DNA of 64,000 bases from an uncultured Gammaproteobacteria bacterium. GTDB taxonomy: Bacteria; Patescibacteriota; Patescibacteriia; UBA2196. Positions within the stretch are counted from its first letter, which is position 1; each line of letters opens with the position of its first letter. The stretch covers positions 20,538-84,537 of the forward strand of contig CAYSXS010000001.1 in the NCBI GenBank assembly GCA_964435065.1. Direction: 5' to 3'. The translations under genes were made by a program, and so were the position numbers. The notes beneath the pieces are model-generated. The model did no database searches. It was not told the origin of the DNA and was given only the letters and a program-made list of their open reading frames with translations. This document shows positions 37,778 through 47,022 of the stretch, piece by piece.

Positions 37778-40048
37778 ATGGATAAAATTTCTAAGTACGT
37801 AAAATGGATCTTGGTAGGTATTTTATATCTAATTTTACTAACACCAATTTTAATAACTTCAAAATATGTTTTTCCTTTTATTACGGGAAAAACAATGTTT
37901 TTTAGGATTTTAGTTGAGGTTGCTCTTCTGGTTTATATTATTCTGGCTATTTTGAATAAGAAATATAGGCCAAAGATGAATAAGTTGATATGGGCTGTTG
38001 TGATCTTTGGAGTTATAGTTGGTTTAACGGGATTTCTAGGTGTAGATGCGTATAAAAGTTTTTGGGGCACTATTGAAAGAGGAGAAGGTTTTTTAACTAT
38101 CTCTCATCTGGTTATTTTCTTTTTAATACTCAGTTGGACCTTAAAAACTAAGGGTGAGTGGTTAAGTTATTTAACCGGATTGGTTGTTGTAGGTTTATTG
38201 GTGGATTTATACGCCATATTACAAAGAGCAGAAATAGAAAAGTTTTTCTTGTTTGGAAATATTATTCATTCTGGAGAAGGTAGGCTGTCATCTACGTTAG
38301 GTAATGCAGCATTTTTAGGTGCTTTTACTTTGGCTCAATTTTTTATTAGCTTTTTGTTATTTTTAAAAAGAAAACATGTACTTTGGAAGATATTTTTTGC
38401 TTTAGCCAGTTTGATGAACCTATATATCCTATATCAAACCCAAACCCGTGGTGCAGCTATTGGTTTGGTTGTTGTATTCATTTTACTTTCCATATTATAC
38501 ATAGCTAAAAGTCCTGAACGGATTAAAAGGATAATAGCTAGCGTCTTGTTGTTATCAGTTATAGTTTTTGGTTTACTTGTTTGGTTTAACAAAGATGCTG
38601 AGTGGGTTAAAAAAGCTCCAATGTTAGAACGTTTAACAAGTATTTCTCGAGGTGATATTACAACTGAGTCTCGTTTAATGGCTTGGGATACTTCGTGGAA
38701 AGGGCTGAAAGATAGACTTTTGCTTGGTTATGGTTGGGAAAATTATAATGTTGCGTTTAATAAATATTTTCATCCAGAGATATTTATAGATAACGGATCT
38801 CAACTTTGGTTTGATAGAGCTCATAATACAATATTTGATATTGCTATAGCTACTGGCTTTATTGGTTTAGTATCATATTTTTTAATATTTTTTATAGCTC
38901 TATGTTATCTATTTAAAAATCTTAAAAAAGATTTTGATTTTTCAGCTATATTAATAGGTTTGTTAATTGCTCATTTTGTTCAGAATATTTTTGTGTTTGA
39001 TGTCTTGTCTACTTTTGTTATTTTGTTTAGCGTATTTGGCATAGTTGGTTATCTTGATAATCCAAAATATGAAGAAAAAGAAAAACCAGAAGATTTTACA
39101 GATAATTTTATATTAAAAATTACAATAATCATTATTGCTCTAGCCCTAGTACTTTCAAGTATTCAATATTTTAATCTTAAACCCCTTAAAGCTAATGAAA
39201 TAGCTATTCAGGGTTTAATGTATGGTTCATCAGATAGGTTACAAGAATCAATTAAATATTTTGATGAATCAATTTCAATGGACACCTACCAGAAACAAGA
39301 AATTAGAAGAAAAGCAGTAGATATAGTTATTCAGAATAACAAGATACCTGAAGATGGAGATAAAGTAAAAGAAGCACAAGCTAGAGAATATTTTAAGTTT
39401 GCTAAAGATCAAATAGAAGACAATATTAAAGAACACCCAGCAGACGTACAAGATTTGATGTACCTTATGATGCTTTTGAATCGTAATGCTCGTTTGGATG
39501 TAAATAACTTTGCTGAAACTGTTAGAATTGGGAAAAAAGCTTTAGAATTATCGCCTACACGTGCTCATATATATTTTGAAATGGGTCAAGCAGAGCTTAA
39601 TCAAGGACATGTTGATGAAGGTATAGGATATTTTGAAAAAGCTGTTGAGTTAAACCCAAGAACAATGGAGTCTCAATTTAATTTAATGACAGCATATTCT
39701 TTGATCAAAAGACAAGATAAAGTAGATGAGGTTGTAAATAACATGGAAGAATTAGGTTATACGTTTGTGGATATATCTCAATTAGAGAGGATATATACCA
39801 TATATGCTAGAGCTAATAGATATGATAAGATGTCTTGGGTATTAGAAAAGGTAATTGAACAAGATCAATCAGTTAAATGGTATACAATGTTAGCCAGTGT
39901 ATATAGAGATATGGGAGATTATGAAAAATCCATTGAGACAGCAAGAAAAGCTGCTGAAATTGATCCAAAGATGAAGAAAGATGTAGATAAGTTTATTAAT
40001 TCCCTCTACCCACCAACGCCTGTTGTGGAGGAGGAAACAGAGGAATAA
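37778..40048 (+). CDS. O-antigen ligase/polymerase-domain membrane protein (Wzy_C-like) with a C-terminal TPR-repeat domain
   Basis: About 12 TM helices. The periplasmic-loop region ...RAHNTIFDIAIATGFIGL... is typical of O-antigen ligase family proteins. The C-terminal ~250 aa carry TPR-like repeats (e.g. AHIYFEMGQAELNQGHVDEGIGYFEKAVELNP). Confidence 0.65.
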   Translation: MDKISKYVKWILVGILYLILLTPILITSKYVFPFITGKTMFFRILVEVALLVYIILAILNKKYRPKMNKLIWAVVIFGVIVGLTGFLGVDAYKSFWGTIERGEGFLTISHLVIFFLILSWTLKTKGEWLSYLTGLVVVGLLVDLYAILQRAEIEKFFLFGNIIHSGEGRLSSTLGNAAFLGAFTLAQFFISFLLFLKRKHVLWKIFFALASLMNLYILYQTQTRGAAIGLVVVFILLSILYIAKSPERIKRIIASVLLLSVIVFGLLVWFNKDAEWVKKAPMLERLTSISRGDITTESRLMAWDTSWKGLKDRLLLGYGWENYNVAFNKYFHPEIFIDNGSQLWFDRAHNTIFDIAIATGFIGLVSYFLIFFIALCYLFKNLKKDFDFSAILIGLLIAHFVQNIFVFDVLSTFVILFSVFGIVGYLDNPKYEEKEKPEDFTDNFILKITIIIIALALVLSSIQYFNLKPLKANEIAIQGLMYGSSDRLQESIKYFDESISMDTYQKQEIRRKAVDIVIQNNKIPEDGDKVKEAQAREYFKFAKDQIEDNIKEHPADVQDLMYLMMLLNRNARLDVNNFAETVRIGKKALELSPTRAHIYFEMGQAELNQGHVDEGIGYFEKAVELNPRTMESQFNLMTAYSLIKRQDKVDEVVNNMEELGYTFVDISQLERIYTIYARANRYDKMSWVLEKVIEQDQSVKWYTMLASVYRDMGDYEKSIETARKAAEIDPKMKKDVDKFINSLYPPTPVVEEETEE

Positions 40049-40049
40049 T

Positions 40050-40460
40050 ATGTCGCAAGTACACTGTGCAATTAAGGCATTAATTAAAAAAGAAGATAAG
40101 TTTTTGATTGTTAATATAAATGTACAGGGAGAAGAATTTTGGGATTTACCTGGTGGTAAAGTTGATTTTGGAGAATCTCCATACGAGACTTTGCACAGAG
40201 AAATAAAGGAAGAGATTGATTTAAAAGCAAAGATTATTAAACCATTAGGTATGTGGTGGTTTTTTAGAAAAGTAGACGGGGATCAAGTTGTTTGTAATAC
40301 TTTTCTTTGTGAACCAGAAGGATATGACGTAGATATATCAAAAAATCCTGATACAGAAAAAATAACAAAATTTAAATGGATAACAAAAGAAGAATTTTTA
40401 TCTGATGAATGTAAAGTAGCCCATAAAAGTTTTAAGGAGTTTATTTCAAAAGTAATTTAA
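40050..40460 (+). CDS. NUDIX hydrolase. The likely start is the ATG at 40050; the track lists a TTG at 40023.
   Basis: Nudix box GGKVDFGESPYETLHREIKEEIDL. A GAGG RBS sits 8 nt upstream of 40050. Confidence 0.75.
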   Translation: MSQVHCAIKALIKKEDKFLIVNINVQGEEFWDLPGGKVDFGESPYETLHREIKEEIDLKAKIIKPLGMWWFFRKVDGDQVVCNTFLCEPEGYDVDISKNPDTEKITKFKWITKEEFLSDECKVAHKSFKEFISKVI

Positions 40461-40465
40461 TACAT

Positions 40466-42682
40466 ATGTTTAATATACAAAACAAATTAATATATTCCAT
40501 AATAATTTTCTTGTTAGTGTTTTTGCCTTTAGGAATAAAGACTGAGGCAAAAGAACAAGAACTTCCTGCTCATCAAGCAGGAGAGCTTCTAGTTAAATTA
40601 AAAACTAGTGAAAAGATTTTTAAATTTAAATTTAGTTCAGATATTGAATTACAAGAATTAATGGATATATATAATTCTCAAGACAGTGTTGAGTATGCAG
40701 AACCAAACTATATCTATCGCGCTAGTTTAGAACCAAAAGATACTTTTTACACTCAACAATTGTATTTATCAAAAATTAAAGCAAATCGTGCTTGGGACAT
40801 TACAACTGGTTCCAGAAGGGTTACAATAGCAATTGTAGATTCTGGTGTTGATTTAGATCATCCAGATTTAAGACAAAATATTTGGTTTAACAATAAAGAA
40901 ACAGTTAATAATAATATAGATGATGATAGGAATGGATATATAGATGATATATATGGTTGGGATTTTGTTGGAGATGATAATGACCCAAATCCTGATACAA
41001 GTGTAGAATACAATAAGACAGGAATAAATCATGGTACAGTAATTTCAGGAATTGCTGCTGCTCAAGGGGGAAACAAAGAAGGAATAGCTGGTATAAGTTG
41101 GTCTAGTAAAATTATGGCACTAAGGGTTTTAGATAGCGAGGGTTATGGAACAACAGACAAGGTTGCTAAAGCTATTGATTATGCAGTTAATAATAAAGCT
41201 GATGTTATAAACCTAAGCTTCGTTGGTACTGGTAAAAGTTTAACTTTAGAAAGAGCAATTAAACGAGCGTATGATGCAGGAGTAATAGTAGTAGCAGCTG
41301 CCGGTAATGAAGTCGCTTCTGGTGTAGATATGGGCAAAGAAGAGAATAAACAATATCCTGTTTGTCATGATGGGCCAAATAGTGAGAATTGGGTGATTGG
41401 AGTAGCTTCAATAGATAATGATGATCATTTAGCTAGCTTTTCAAATTATGGTTCAAGTTGTATTGATTTAGTTACCCCTGGTGTACGTTTGTTTAGTACT
41501 GTGTATCACGATGAATCTAATAGTGATTTCAAAGACTATTATCAACACGGTTGGACAGGTACTTCTGTTTCTGCACCACAAGTAGCAGGAGCGTTTGCTT
41601 TAGTAAAATCATACAAGCCATCTTTTTCTGCTCAACAGATTAAAGATTTGTTTTTAAATAATGCGATAGATATAGATAGCAAGAATCCAACATATAGGAA
41701 TAAGTTAGGTAGTGGTTTAATGAATGTTTATGCAACCATTTCTAAAGCTTTAGGTGAACAACCAGAAGAAGCAGTTAAAAAAGAATTAGTTATCACAGCT
41801 GCTGGACAAGGTGGTGGGCCACATGTAAAAGCTTTTAGAAAAAACTATCTAGAAAATGAATTTTTTGCTTTTGATGCATACTATAGAGGAGGGCTTTCTG
41901 TTGCTTCAGGAGATTTAGATAGAGATGGGGATATAGAGGTTGTGGTTGGTTTGGGAGCAGGAACACATCCATGGTTTAAGATTTTTTCTGAAGAAGGTGA
42001 ATTACAAAGTCAATTCATGGCTTACGGAGAAGGTTTTCGTGGTGGAGTAGAAGTTGCCATAGGTGATGTTGATGGAGATGGTATAAAAGAGATAATTACA
42101 GGGGCTGGTCCTGGAGGAGGTCCACACATTAGAATTTTTTCACATAATGGAGCGTTAAAAAATCATTTCTTTGCTTTTGATAGAAATTTTACAGGTGGAG
42201 TAGAATTAGCAAGCGGAGATGTTAATGGGGATGGTAAAGATGAAATTATTGTAGTTCCAAAATCAAATCGTGAATCAAAGGTTAAAGTATTTAATTTAAA
42301 AGGGGAGTTAATTAGTGAATTTTTAGCTTTTGATTTAGGGGTTAAGAATGGAATACATGTTGCAGCAGGAGATTTAGATAATGACGGAAAAGATGAAATA
42401 ATTATTGGAGCAGGTTATGGCAATAGTCCACAGATAAAAACTTTTGATTTAAATGGTAATAATATAACTGAATTCACATCTTATCACCCTAATTTCCGTG
42501 GTGGTGTGTATGTTGCATCTGGAGATACTGATTCGGATGGGTTTGATGAGATAATAGCAGGTGCTGGTAAAACAGGAGGTCCTCATGTAAGGGTATTTAA
42601 CAAAAATGGGGGATTAGAATTTCATTTCTTTGCGTATAACGAGAACTTTAGAGGTGGAGTTCGTGTGTCTTCAAGTAACTAA
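40466..42682 (+). CDS. Secreted subtilisin-like serine protease (S8) fused to a C-terminal FG-GAP-type repeat beta-propeller
   Basis: Signal peptide present. Catalytic triad motifs AIVDSGVD (Asp), HGTVISGIAAA (His) and GTSVSAPQVAGAFAL (Ser). These are followed by ~7 repeats of ...GGGPHVKAF...FFAFD..FRGGV.VA.GD.DGDG.DEII... Confidence 0.8.
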   Translation: MFNIQNKLIYSIIIFLLVFLPLGIKTEAKEQELPAHQAGELLVKLKTSEKIFKFKFSSDIELQELMDIYNSQDSVEYAEPNYIYRASLEPKDTFYTQQLYLSKIKANRAWDITTGSRRVTIAIVDSGVDLDHPDLRQNIWFNNKETVNNNIDDDRNGYIDDIYGWDFVGDDNDPNPDTSVEYNKTGINHGTVISGIAAAQGGNKEGIAGISWSSKIMALRVLDSEGYGTTDKVAKAIDYAVNNKADVINLSFVGTGKSLTLERAIKRAYDAGVIVVAAAGNEVASGVDMGKEENKQYPVCHDGPNSENWVIGVASIDNDDHLASFSNYGSSCIDLVTPGVRLFSTVYHDESNSDFKDYYQHGWTGTSVSAPQVAGAFALVKSYKPSFSAQQIKDLFLNNAIDIDSKNPTYRNKLGSGLMNVYATISKALGEQPEEAVKKELVITAAGQGGGPHVKAFRKNYLENEFFAFDAYYRGGLSVASGDLDRDGDIEVVVGLGAGTHPWFKIFSEEGELQSQFMAYGEGFRGGVEVAIGDVDGDGIKEIITGAGPGGGPHIRIFSHNGALKNHFFAFDRNFTGGVELASGDVNGDGKDEIIVVPKSNRESKVKVFNLKGELISEFLAFDLGVKNGIHVAAGDLDNDGKDEIIIGAGYGNSPQIKTFDLNGNNITEFTSYHPNFRGGVYVASGDTDSDGFDEIIAGAGKTGGPHVRVFNKNGGLEFHFFAYNENFRGGVRVSSSN

Positions 42683-42713
42683 AAAATATATATAATTAAA
42701 TAAAAATAAAATT

Positions 42714-43715
42714 ATGAATTATCCTTCAGGCAAAAAAAATATTTTAATTACTGGTGGGGCCGGTTTTATTGGCTCTCATTTATGTGATATCTTAGCTAAA
42801 GACAATCATGTAATTTGTATAGACAATTTTATCACTGGTAGTGAAAAACACATTGACCACTTACTTAAGAATCCTAACTTTGAGTTTATTAAACACGATG
42901 TCTCAGAACCTTTTAAGTTTGAAGATTTTCCTGAGTTAAAACAGTTTAAAGCAGAACTTCAAGGTGTTCAAGAAATTTATCATTTAGCTTGTCCAACTTC
43001 ACCTAAAGAATATAACAGGTTTCCAATTGAAACTTTAATTACAAACTCTCATGGTACGTTAAATACATTGCAGATAGCTAAGAAGTTTGGATCAAAGTTT
43101 TTGCTTCTTTCAACATCAGCAATATATGGAGATCAAGAAGGACATGTAAAAGAAGATAACTGGGGGAGTATTAATCCAATTGGCCCACGTTCTTGCTATA
43201 ACGAAGGTAAAAGGTTTACTGAAAGTTTAACTAGAAGTTTTCACACAAAAGAAGAAGTTGATACTAAAATAGCTAGAGTATTTAATACTTATGGCCCAAG
43301 AATGAAATTAGATGATGGTCGTATGATCCCAGACTTTATTGTGAACTCTCTGAAGAGTGAACCAGTTACTGTTTTTGGTTCAGAAGAAGAACAAGGAAGC
43401 TATTGCTATGTTCAAGATATGGTGGAAGGAATTATTCAATTAATGGCTGCAGATATTAATACACCTGTTAATTTAGGCAGTGATCACGCAGTTAAATTAG
43501 TTGATGTTGCTAAAAAAGTAATTAAAATGACAACCAGTGAATCAAAGATTGAATTTAAAGAATATCCTCCATATACAGCTAAACAAATTATCCCAGATAT
43601 TTCTTTAGCAAAAGAAACCTTTGATTGGTTCCCAATGGTTGGCTTAGATGATGGTTTAGAAAAAACTATTGAAAATATGCGTGTAAACTTAGGGGAATAC
43701 AAGGCAGAGCTTTAA
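42714..43715 (+). CDS. NAD-dependent epimerase/dehydratase, UDP-glucuronate decarboxylase-like (UXS/ArnA C-domain type)
   Basis: ILITGGAGFIGSHLCDIL, followed by a catalytic YNEGKR (YxxxK) motif. The overall pattern matches UXS1-type enzymes. Confidence 0.65.
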   Translation: MNYPSGKKNILITGGAGFIGSHLCDILAKDNHVICIDNFITGSEKHIDHLLKNPNFEFIKHDVSEPFKFEDFPELKQFKAELQGVQEIYHLACPTSPKEYNRFPIETLITNSHGTLNTLQIAKKFGSKFLLLSTSAIYGDQEGHVKEDNWGSINPIGPRSCYNEGKRFTESLTRSFHTKEEVDTKIARVFNTYGPRMKLDDGRMIPDFIVNSLKSEPVTVFGSEEEQGSYCYVQDMVEGIIQLMAADINTPVNLGSDHAVKLVDVAKKVIKMTTSESKIEFKEYPPYTAKQIIPDISLAKETFDWFPMVGLDDGLEKTIENMRVNLGEYKAEL

Positions 43716-43718
43716 ATT

Positions 43719-44378
43719 ATGAATATATACATAATCATACCGGTTTTTAATGAGGAGAATAACATCCAAACAACTTTGGGAGATTTAAAACAGTATGGTT
43801 ATACAATAATAGTAGTTGATGATGGTTCAAAAGATAAGACAGTAGAGATAGTAGAATCAATGAATGTAAAGGTGTTGAAACATAAAGTTAATCGTGGACA
43901 AGGAGCAGCTCTTCAAACAGGTACAACTTATGCAGTTCAAAAAGGAGCAGATATTATTGTACACTTTGATGGTGATGGTCAATTTTTAGCACAAGAGATT
44001 AAAGATTTAATTGAACCAATTAAATTTGAAAATTTAGATATTACTCTTGGATCAAGATTTTTAAAAGAAAATAAAGGAATGCCATGGCTAAAGAAATATA
44101 TTATCCATCCTGTTTCTAGAGTTATTAATACAATTTTTACAAGAATAAAGTTAACAGATGTGCATTGTGGTTTTCGGGCTTTATCAAAACAAGCAGCTGA
44201 GAAAATATATATTACACAAGATGGAATGTCTCATGGAACAGAGATTATTTCCCAAATCAAGAAATATGGGTTAAAATATCGAGAAGTTCCTGTAACGGTT
44301 ATATATAAAGAGTTTGGGCAAGGAATTAAAGGAGGATTTAATATATTAAAAGAATTATTATTAGGTAAATTTGTATAA
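43719..44378 (+). CDS. GT2 glycosyltransferase, soluble catalytic domain of the DPM1/Ppm1 type
   Basis: IIIPVFNEENNIQTTLGDL...IIVVDDGSKDKT...FDGDGQF. It has no TM helix, and the next gene is a small membrane protein. Confidence 0.7.
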   Translation: MNIYIIIPVFNEENNIQTTLGDLKQYGYTIIVVDDGSKDKTVEIVESMNVKVLKHKVNRGQGAALQTGTTYAVQKGADIIVHFDGDGQFLAQEIKDLIEPIKFENLDITLGSRFLKENKGMPWLKKYIIHPVSRVINTIFTRIKLTDVHCGFRALSKQAAEKIYITQDGMSHGTEIISQIKKYGLKYREVPVTVIYKEFGQGIKGGFNILKELLLGKFV

Positions 44379-44700
44379 ACATATGTTAATTCAAATCCTT
44401 TTATCAATATTTATACTTTTTGCAATTATTAGATTAATTGTGAAATTTAAAAAAACTGATGCTAAAGCATCAGGTTCATTATGGTTATTGTTTTGGATAA
44501 TAACTGTTGTAGCTGTTTGGGTACCAGATTTTTTAACTCAAGTAGCTAATCTGGTTGGTATTGGTCGTGGTGCAGATTTAGTTTTGTATGTTAGTGTTGT
44601 CGTTGTTTTTTATTTAATTTTCAAAATATATGTTAGATTAGAAAAGATAGAAAGGAATATTACTAAAGTAGTAAGAAAAGATAGTCTTAAAGAAGATTAG
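44371..44700 (+). CDS. Small membrane protein (DUF2304-like), a probable membrane partner of the upstream GT2
   Basis: 109 aa with 3 TM helices. It overlaps the upstream GT2 by 8 nt. Confidence 0.45.
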   Translation: MYKHMLIQILLSIFILFAIIRLIVKFKKTDAKASGSLWLLFWIITVVAVWVPDFLTQVANLVGIGRGADLVLYVSVVVVFYLIFKIYVRLEKIERNITKVVRKDSLKED

Positions 44701-44703
44701 GAT

Positions 44704-45735
44704 ATGGTATACATTGTAATTTTAACTTGGAATGGAATCAAATATTTACCCAAATTGTTTACAAGTTTGGGTAATTTAGTTTTTGATGAAAATAAGTTGA
44801 AAATAGTTGTTATTGATTCAGGATCAACAGATGGGAGTAGAGAATATTTGGAGGATTTAGATAATATACATTTAATAAAATTAGATAAGAATATCGGGTT
44901 TGTTAAGGGTAATAATTTGGGAATGCAATATGCTTTGGATAATAAAGCAGAATATGTTGTGTTATTAAACCAAGACATAGAAGTTAAAGAAGATTTTTTA
45001 GATTATTTAGTAAATACAGCAGAAAGCGATAAAAAGATTGGTATAGTACAGCCCTTAATGATGTATTATGAAAATAGAGAAGAAATTAATTCTAAGGGTA
45101 ATCTTTTACACTATCTAGGATATGGATATTGTGAAGGTAACCATGAAAAAGTTACAAATAACAAACAAACAAAAGAAATTGAATATGCTTCTGCTGCCGC
45201 AGTGATATATAAGGCAAAGATGTTAAAAGAAATAGGGTTATTTGATGAAAATATTTTTGCTTATCATGAAGATAGTGAAATTTGTTTAAGGGCTAAATTA
45301 AGAGGATACAAAATATATTTAGAACCTAAATCTATTGTTTATCATGATTATTCTTTCCCAACAGGAAAGAATAAAGAAAGATACTTTTGGATGGAAAAGA
45401 ATAGACTATACATAATCCTTAAATTCTATAAACTAAAAACAATCTTTTTGATTTTGCCGATGATATGGTTTATGGATTTAGGACAGATATATTTTGCAAT
45501 TACTAAAAGATATTTTTATCAATGGTTAAGATCAAGGTTTTGGTTTGTTTTTAATTTAAACAGTTTTTTAAAAGCTAGAAGAGACATACAAAAGAATAGA
45601 CAAATTTCTGATAAAGAATTAACTAAGAATTTCACTAGTGAAATTCTTTATCAAGAAGTTTCTAATCCTTTATTAGATAAAATTGCTAATCCAATAATGA
45701 AGGTCTATTGGAAAGTAGTTAAAAAATTTGTTTGA
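44704..45735 (+). CDS. Glycosyltransferase family 2
   Basis: VYIVILTWNGIKYLPKLFTSL...IVVIDSGSTDGS, plus the DxD-type motif LNQDIEV. Confidence 0.75.
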   Translation: MVYIVILTWNGIKYLPKLFTSLGNLVFDENKLKIVVIDSGSTDGSREYLEDLDNIHLIKLDKNIGFVKGNNLGMQYALDNKAEYVVLLNQDIEVKEDFLDYLVNTAESDKKIGIVQPLMMYYENREEINSKGNLLHYLGYGYCEGNHEKVTNNKQTKEIEYASAAAVIYKAKMLKEIGLFDENIFAYHEDSEICLRAKLRGYKIYLEPKSIVYHDYSFPTGKNKERYFWMEKNRLYIILKFYKLKTIFLILPMIWFMDLGQIYFAITKRYFYQWLRSRFWFVFNLNSFLKARRDIQKNRQISDKELTKNFTSEILYQEVSNPLLDKIANPIMKVYWKVVKKFV

Positions 45736-45780
45736 AATAAAAAATAGCCGTTGGTCGCAGCTATTTTTTATTTCAAACAA
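45729..45780 (+). terminator. Rho-independent terminator (long A/U-rich stem) at the end of the + operon
   Basis: GTTTGAAATAAAAAATAGC-cgttggtcgca-GCTATTTTTTATTTCAAAC. It overlaps the stop codon of the GT2 gene. Confidence 0.65.
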
Positions 45781-45819
45781 GGTGATATTTAATCAGTTTT
45801 AAAATATTTTTTGAATAAC

Positions 45820-45932
45820 GTATGTCTGTATCTGAAGTTTTTTGCTTTCTTCATTACTATCGAAAGCAAAATTAGTAATTTAAGCGAAGGGCGAGCCGAG
45901 CCCTTAAGCCAGATACACGCCGTTAAGCGACC
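45820..45932 (+). repeat. Copy B of the repeated non-coding element family (5' box GTATGTCTGTATCTGAAGTTT; 3' box CCAGATACACGCCGTTAAGCGACC)
   Basis: Homologous to 7590-7794 and 46905-47022. Internal hairpins are TTTTGCTTTC...GAAAGCAAAA and AAGGGC-gagccga-GCCCTT. Confidence 0.6.
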
Positions 45933-46091
45933 CCAACGGAATGAAATGGAGTGAGAGCACAGCGTGGCCCGAGTTCAAAAAATATTTTTCGTCTTTATTC
46001 ATCAGATAGTCTTTCGTATATTTCTTATAAATTTGATTTTTTCGTTTTGAAAAATGAAAGAGGGGTTAGCGGTGAATTTCATTTTTTAGAA

Positions 46092-46655
46092 TTAATAATA
46101 TTTCTCTATTCCTCCAAAACCTATTAGTTTGTTTTCTCTTGTTTTGTTGATGAAGTTTTTTAGCCTTTTTTTGAATTCTTCTGGATGCTTTTGTACTCTA
46201 TGAATATAGGCAATACGAATTCTTTTGTATGTATCAGAAAATGTATTGTAATTTTTCCATGCGATTTTATCCTCCTTTACAGCATCAATGATGTCTTTTG
46301 GAAAAACAAACTTTTCTGAGGCAATTTTCTTTGCTTTGTCCAATATTAGGGGATGAATCATGTCATGTTTTAAAAGCCATTTTATTCTTTCTTTGTTTTG
46401 CTGAGAATAAGTGCTTTTGGGATTTCTTGGAGAAAAACGTTGAACACTACTCTCTTCATCAAAAGATTTAATCGTGCTATCGATCCAACCAAAACATAAT
46501 GACTCCTCTACGGCATCGTTGTATACAATTCTTATTTTACCTGAAGATTTTTTCGGATACATCAACCAGACATCTTTTTCTTTATCAAAATTCTTTTCCA
46601 GCCATTTACGCCAGTCTTTCCTATTTGTCACATAGAGTGTTTTTTCTATATTCAT
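46092..46655 (-). CDS. YdeI/OmpD-associated family protein (bacteriocin-protection-like, DUF1801-related)
   Basis: ...DVWLMYPKKSSGKIRIVYNDAVEESLCFGWIDSTIKSFDEESSVQRFSPRNPKSTYSQQNKERIKWL... Confidence 0.6.
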   Translation of the reverse strand: MNIEKTLYVTNRKDWRKWLEKNFDKEKDVWLMYPKKSSGKIRIVYNDAVEESLCFGWIDSTIKSFDEESSVQRFSPRNPKSTYSQQNKERIKWLLKHDMIHPLILDKAKKIASEKFVFPKDIIDAVKEDKIAWKNYNTFSDTYKRIRIAYIHRVQKHPEEFKKRLKNFINKTRENKLIGFGGIEKYY

Positions 46656-46699
46656 TTTATTTATTATAAATTAATGAATGATAATTTTAAATATTTTCA

Positions 46700-46924
46700 T
46701 GATCCATTTATTTGAGTCGCAAAATTATTTAAAATCTGTGCTAACTCAACAGGTTTACCAAGCATGGGAAAATGCCTAGAATCGATATCATTTTTTTTGA
46801 CTTGAAGATTCTTAATCATATTATCCTGAATTTTCTCACTAAATGCCTTATTTTTTTTCAGGCGAATATATAGGGAATTAACAGGGATGTCTTTTGTGTT
46901 TAATGTATGCGTACATCTGAAGTT
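46700..46924 (-). pseudogene. C-terminal fragment of an alpha/beta-hydrolase fold gene whose 5' part is missing
   Basis: The minus-strand translation ...DIPVNSLYIRLKKNKAFSEKIQDNMIKNLQVKKNDIDSRHFPMLGKPVELAQILNNFATQINGS* carries the catalytic-His 'HFPML' C-terminal signature of alpha/beta hydrolases. The frame is open to ~46924 and then terminates exactly inside repeat copy C. No start or N-terminal domain is present. Confidence 0.5.
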
Positions 46925-47022
46925 TCAGCTCCTTCTTTGTAGCTTATCAATATATTAACAGATAAAAAAGATACAAAGAAGGAGCTGAAATTTGGATGAA
47001 CATTTGGCGTAGTTGTACGAAG
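46905..47022 (+). repeat. Copy C of the repeated non-coding element family (5' box GTATGCGTACATCTGAAGTTT; 3' box CATTTGGCGTAGTTGTACGAAG)
   Basis: Perfect 17-bp hairpin TCAGCTCCTTCTTTGTA...TACAAAGAAGGAGCTGA. It abuts the truncated hydrolase gene. Confidence 0.6.
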
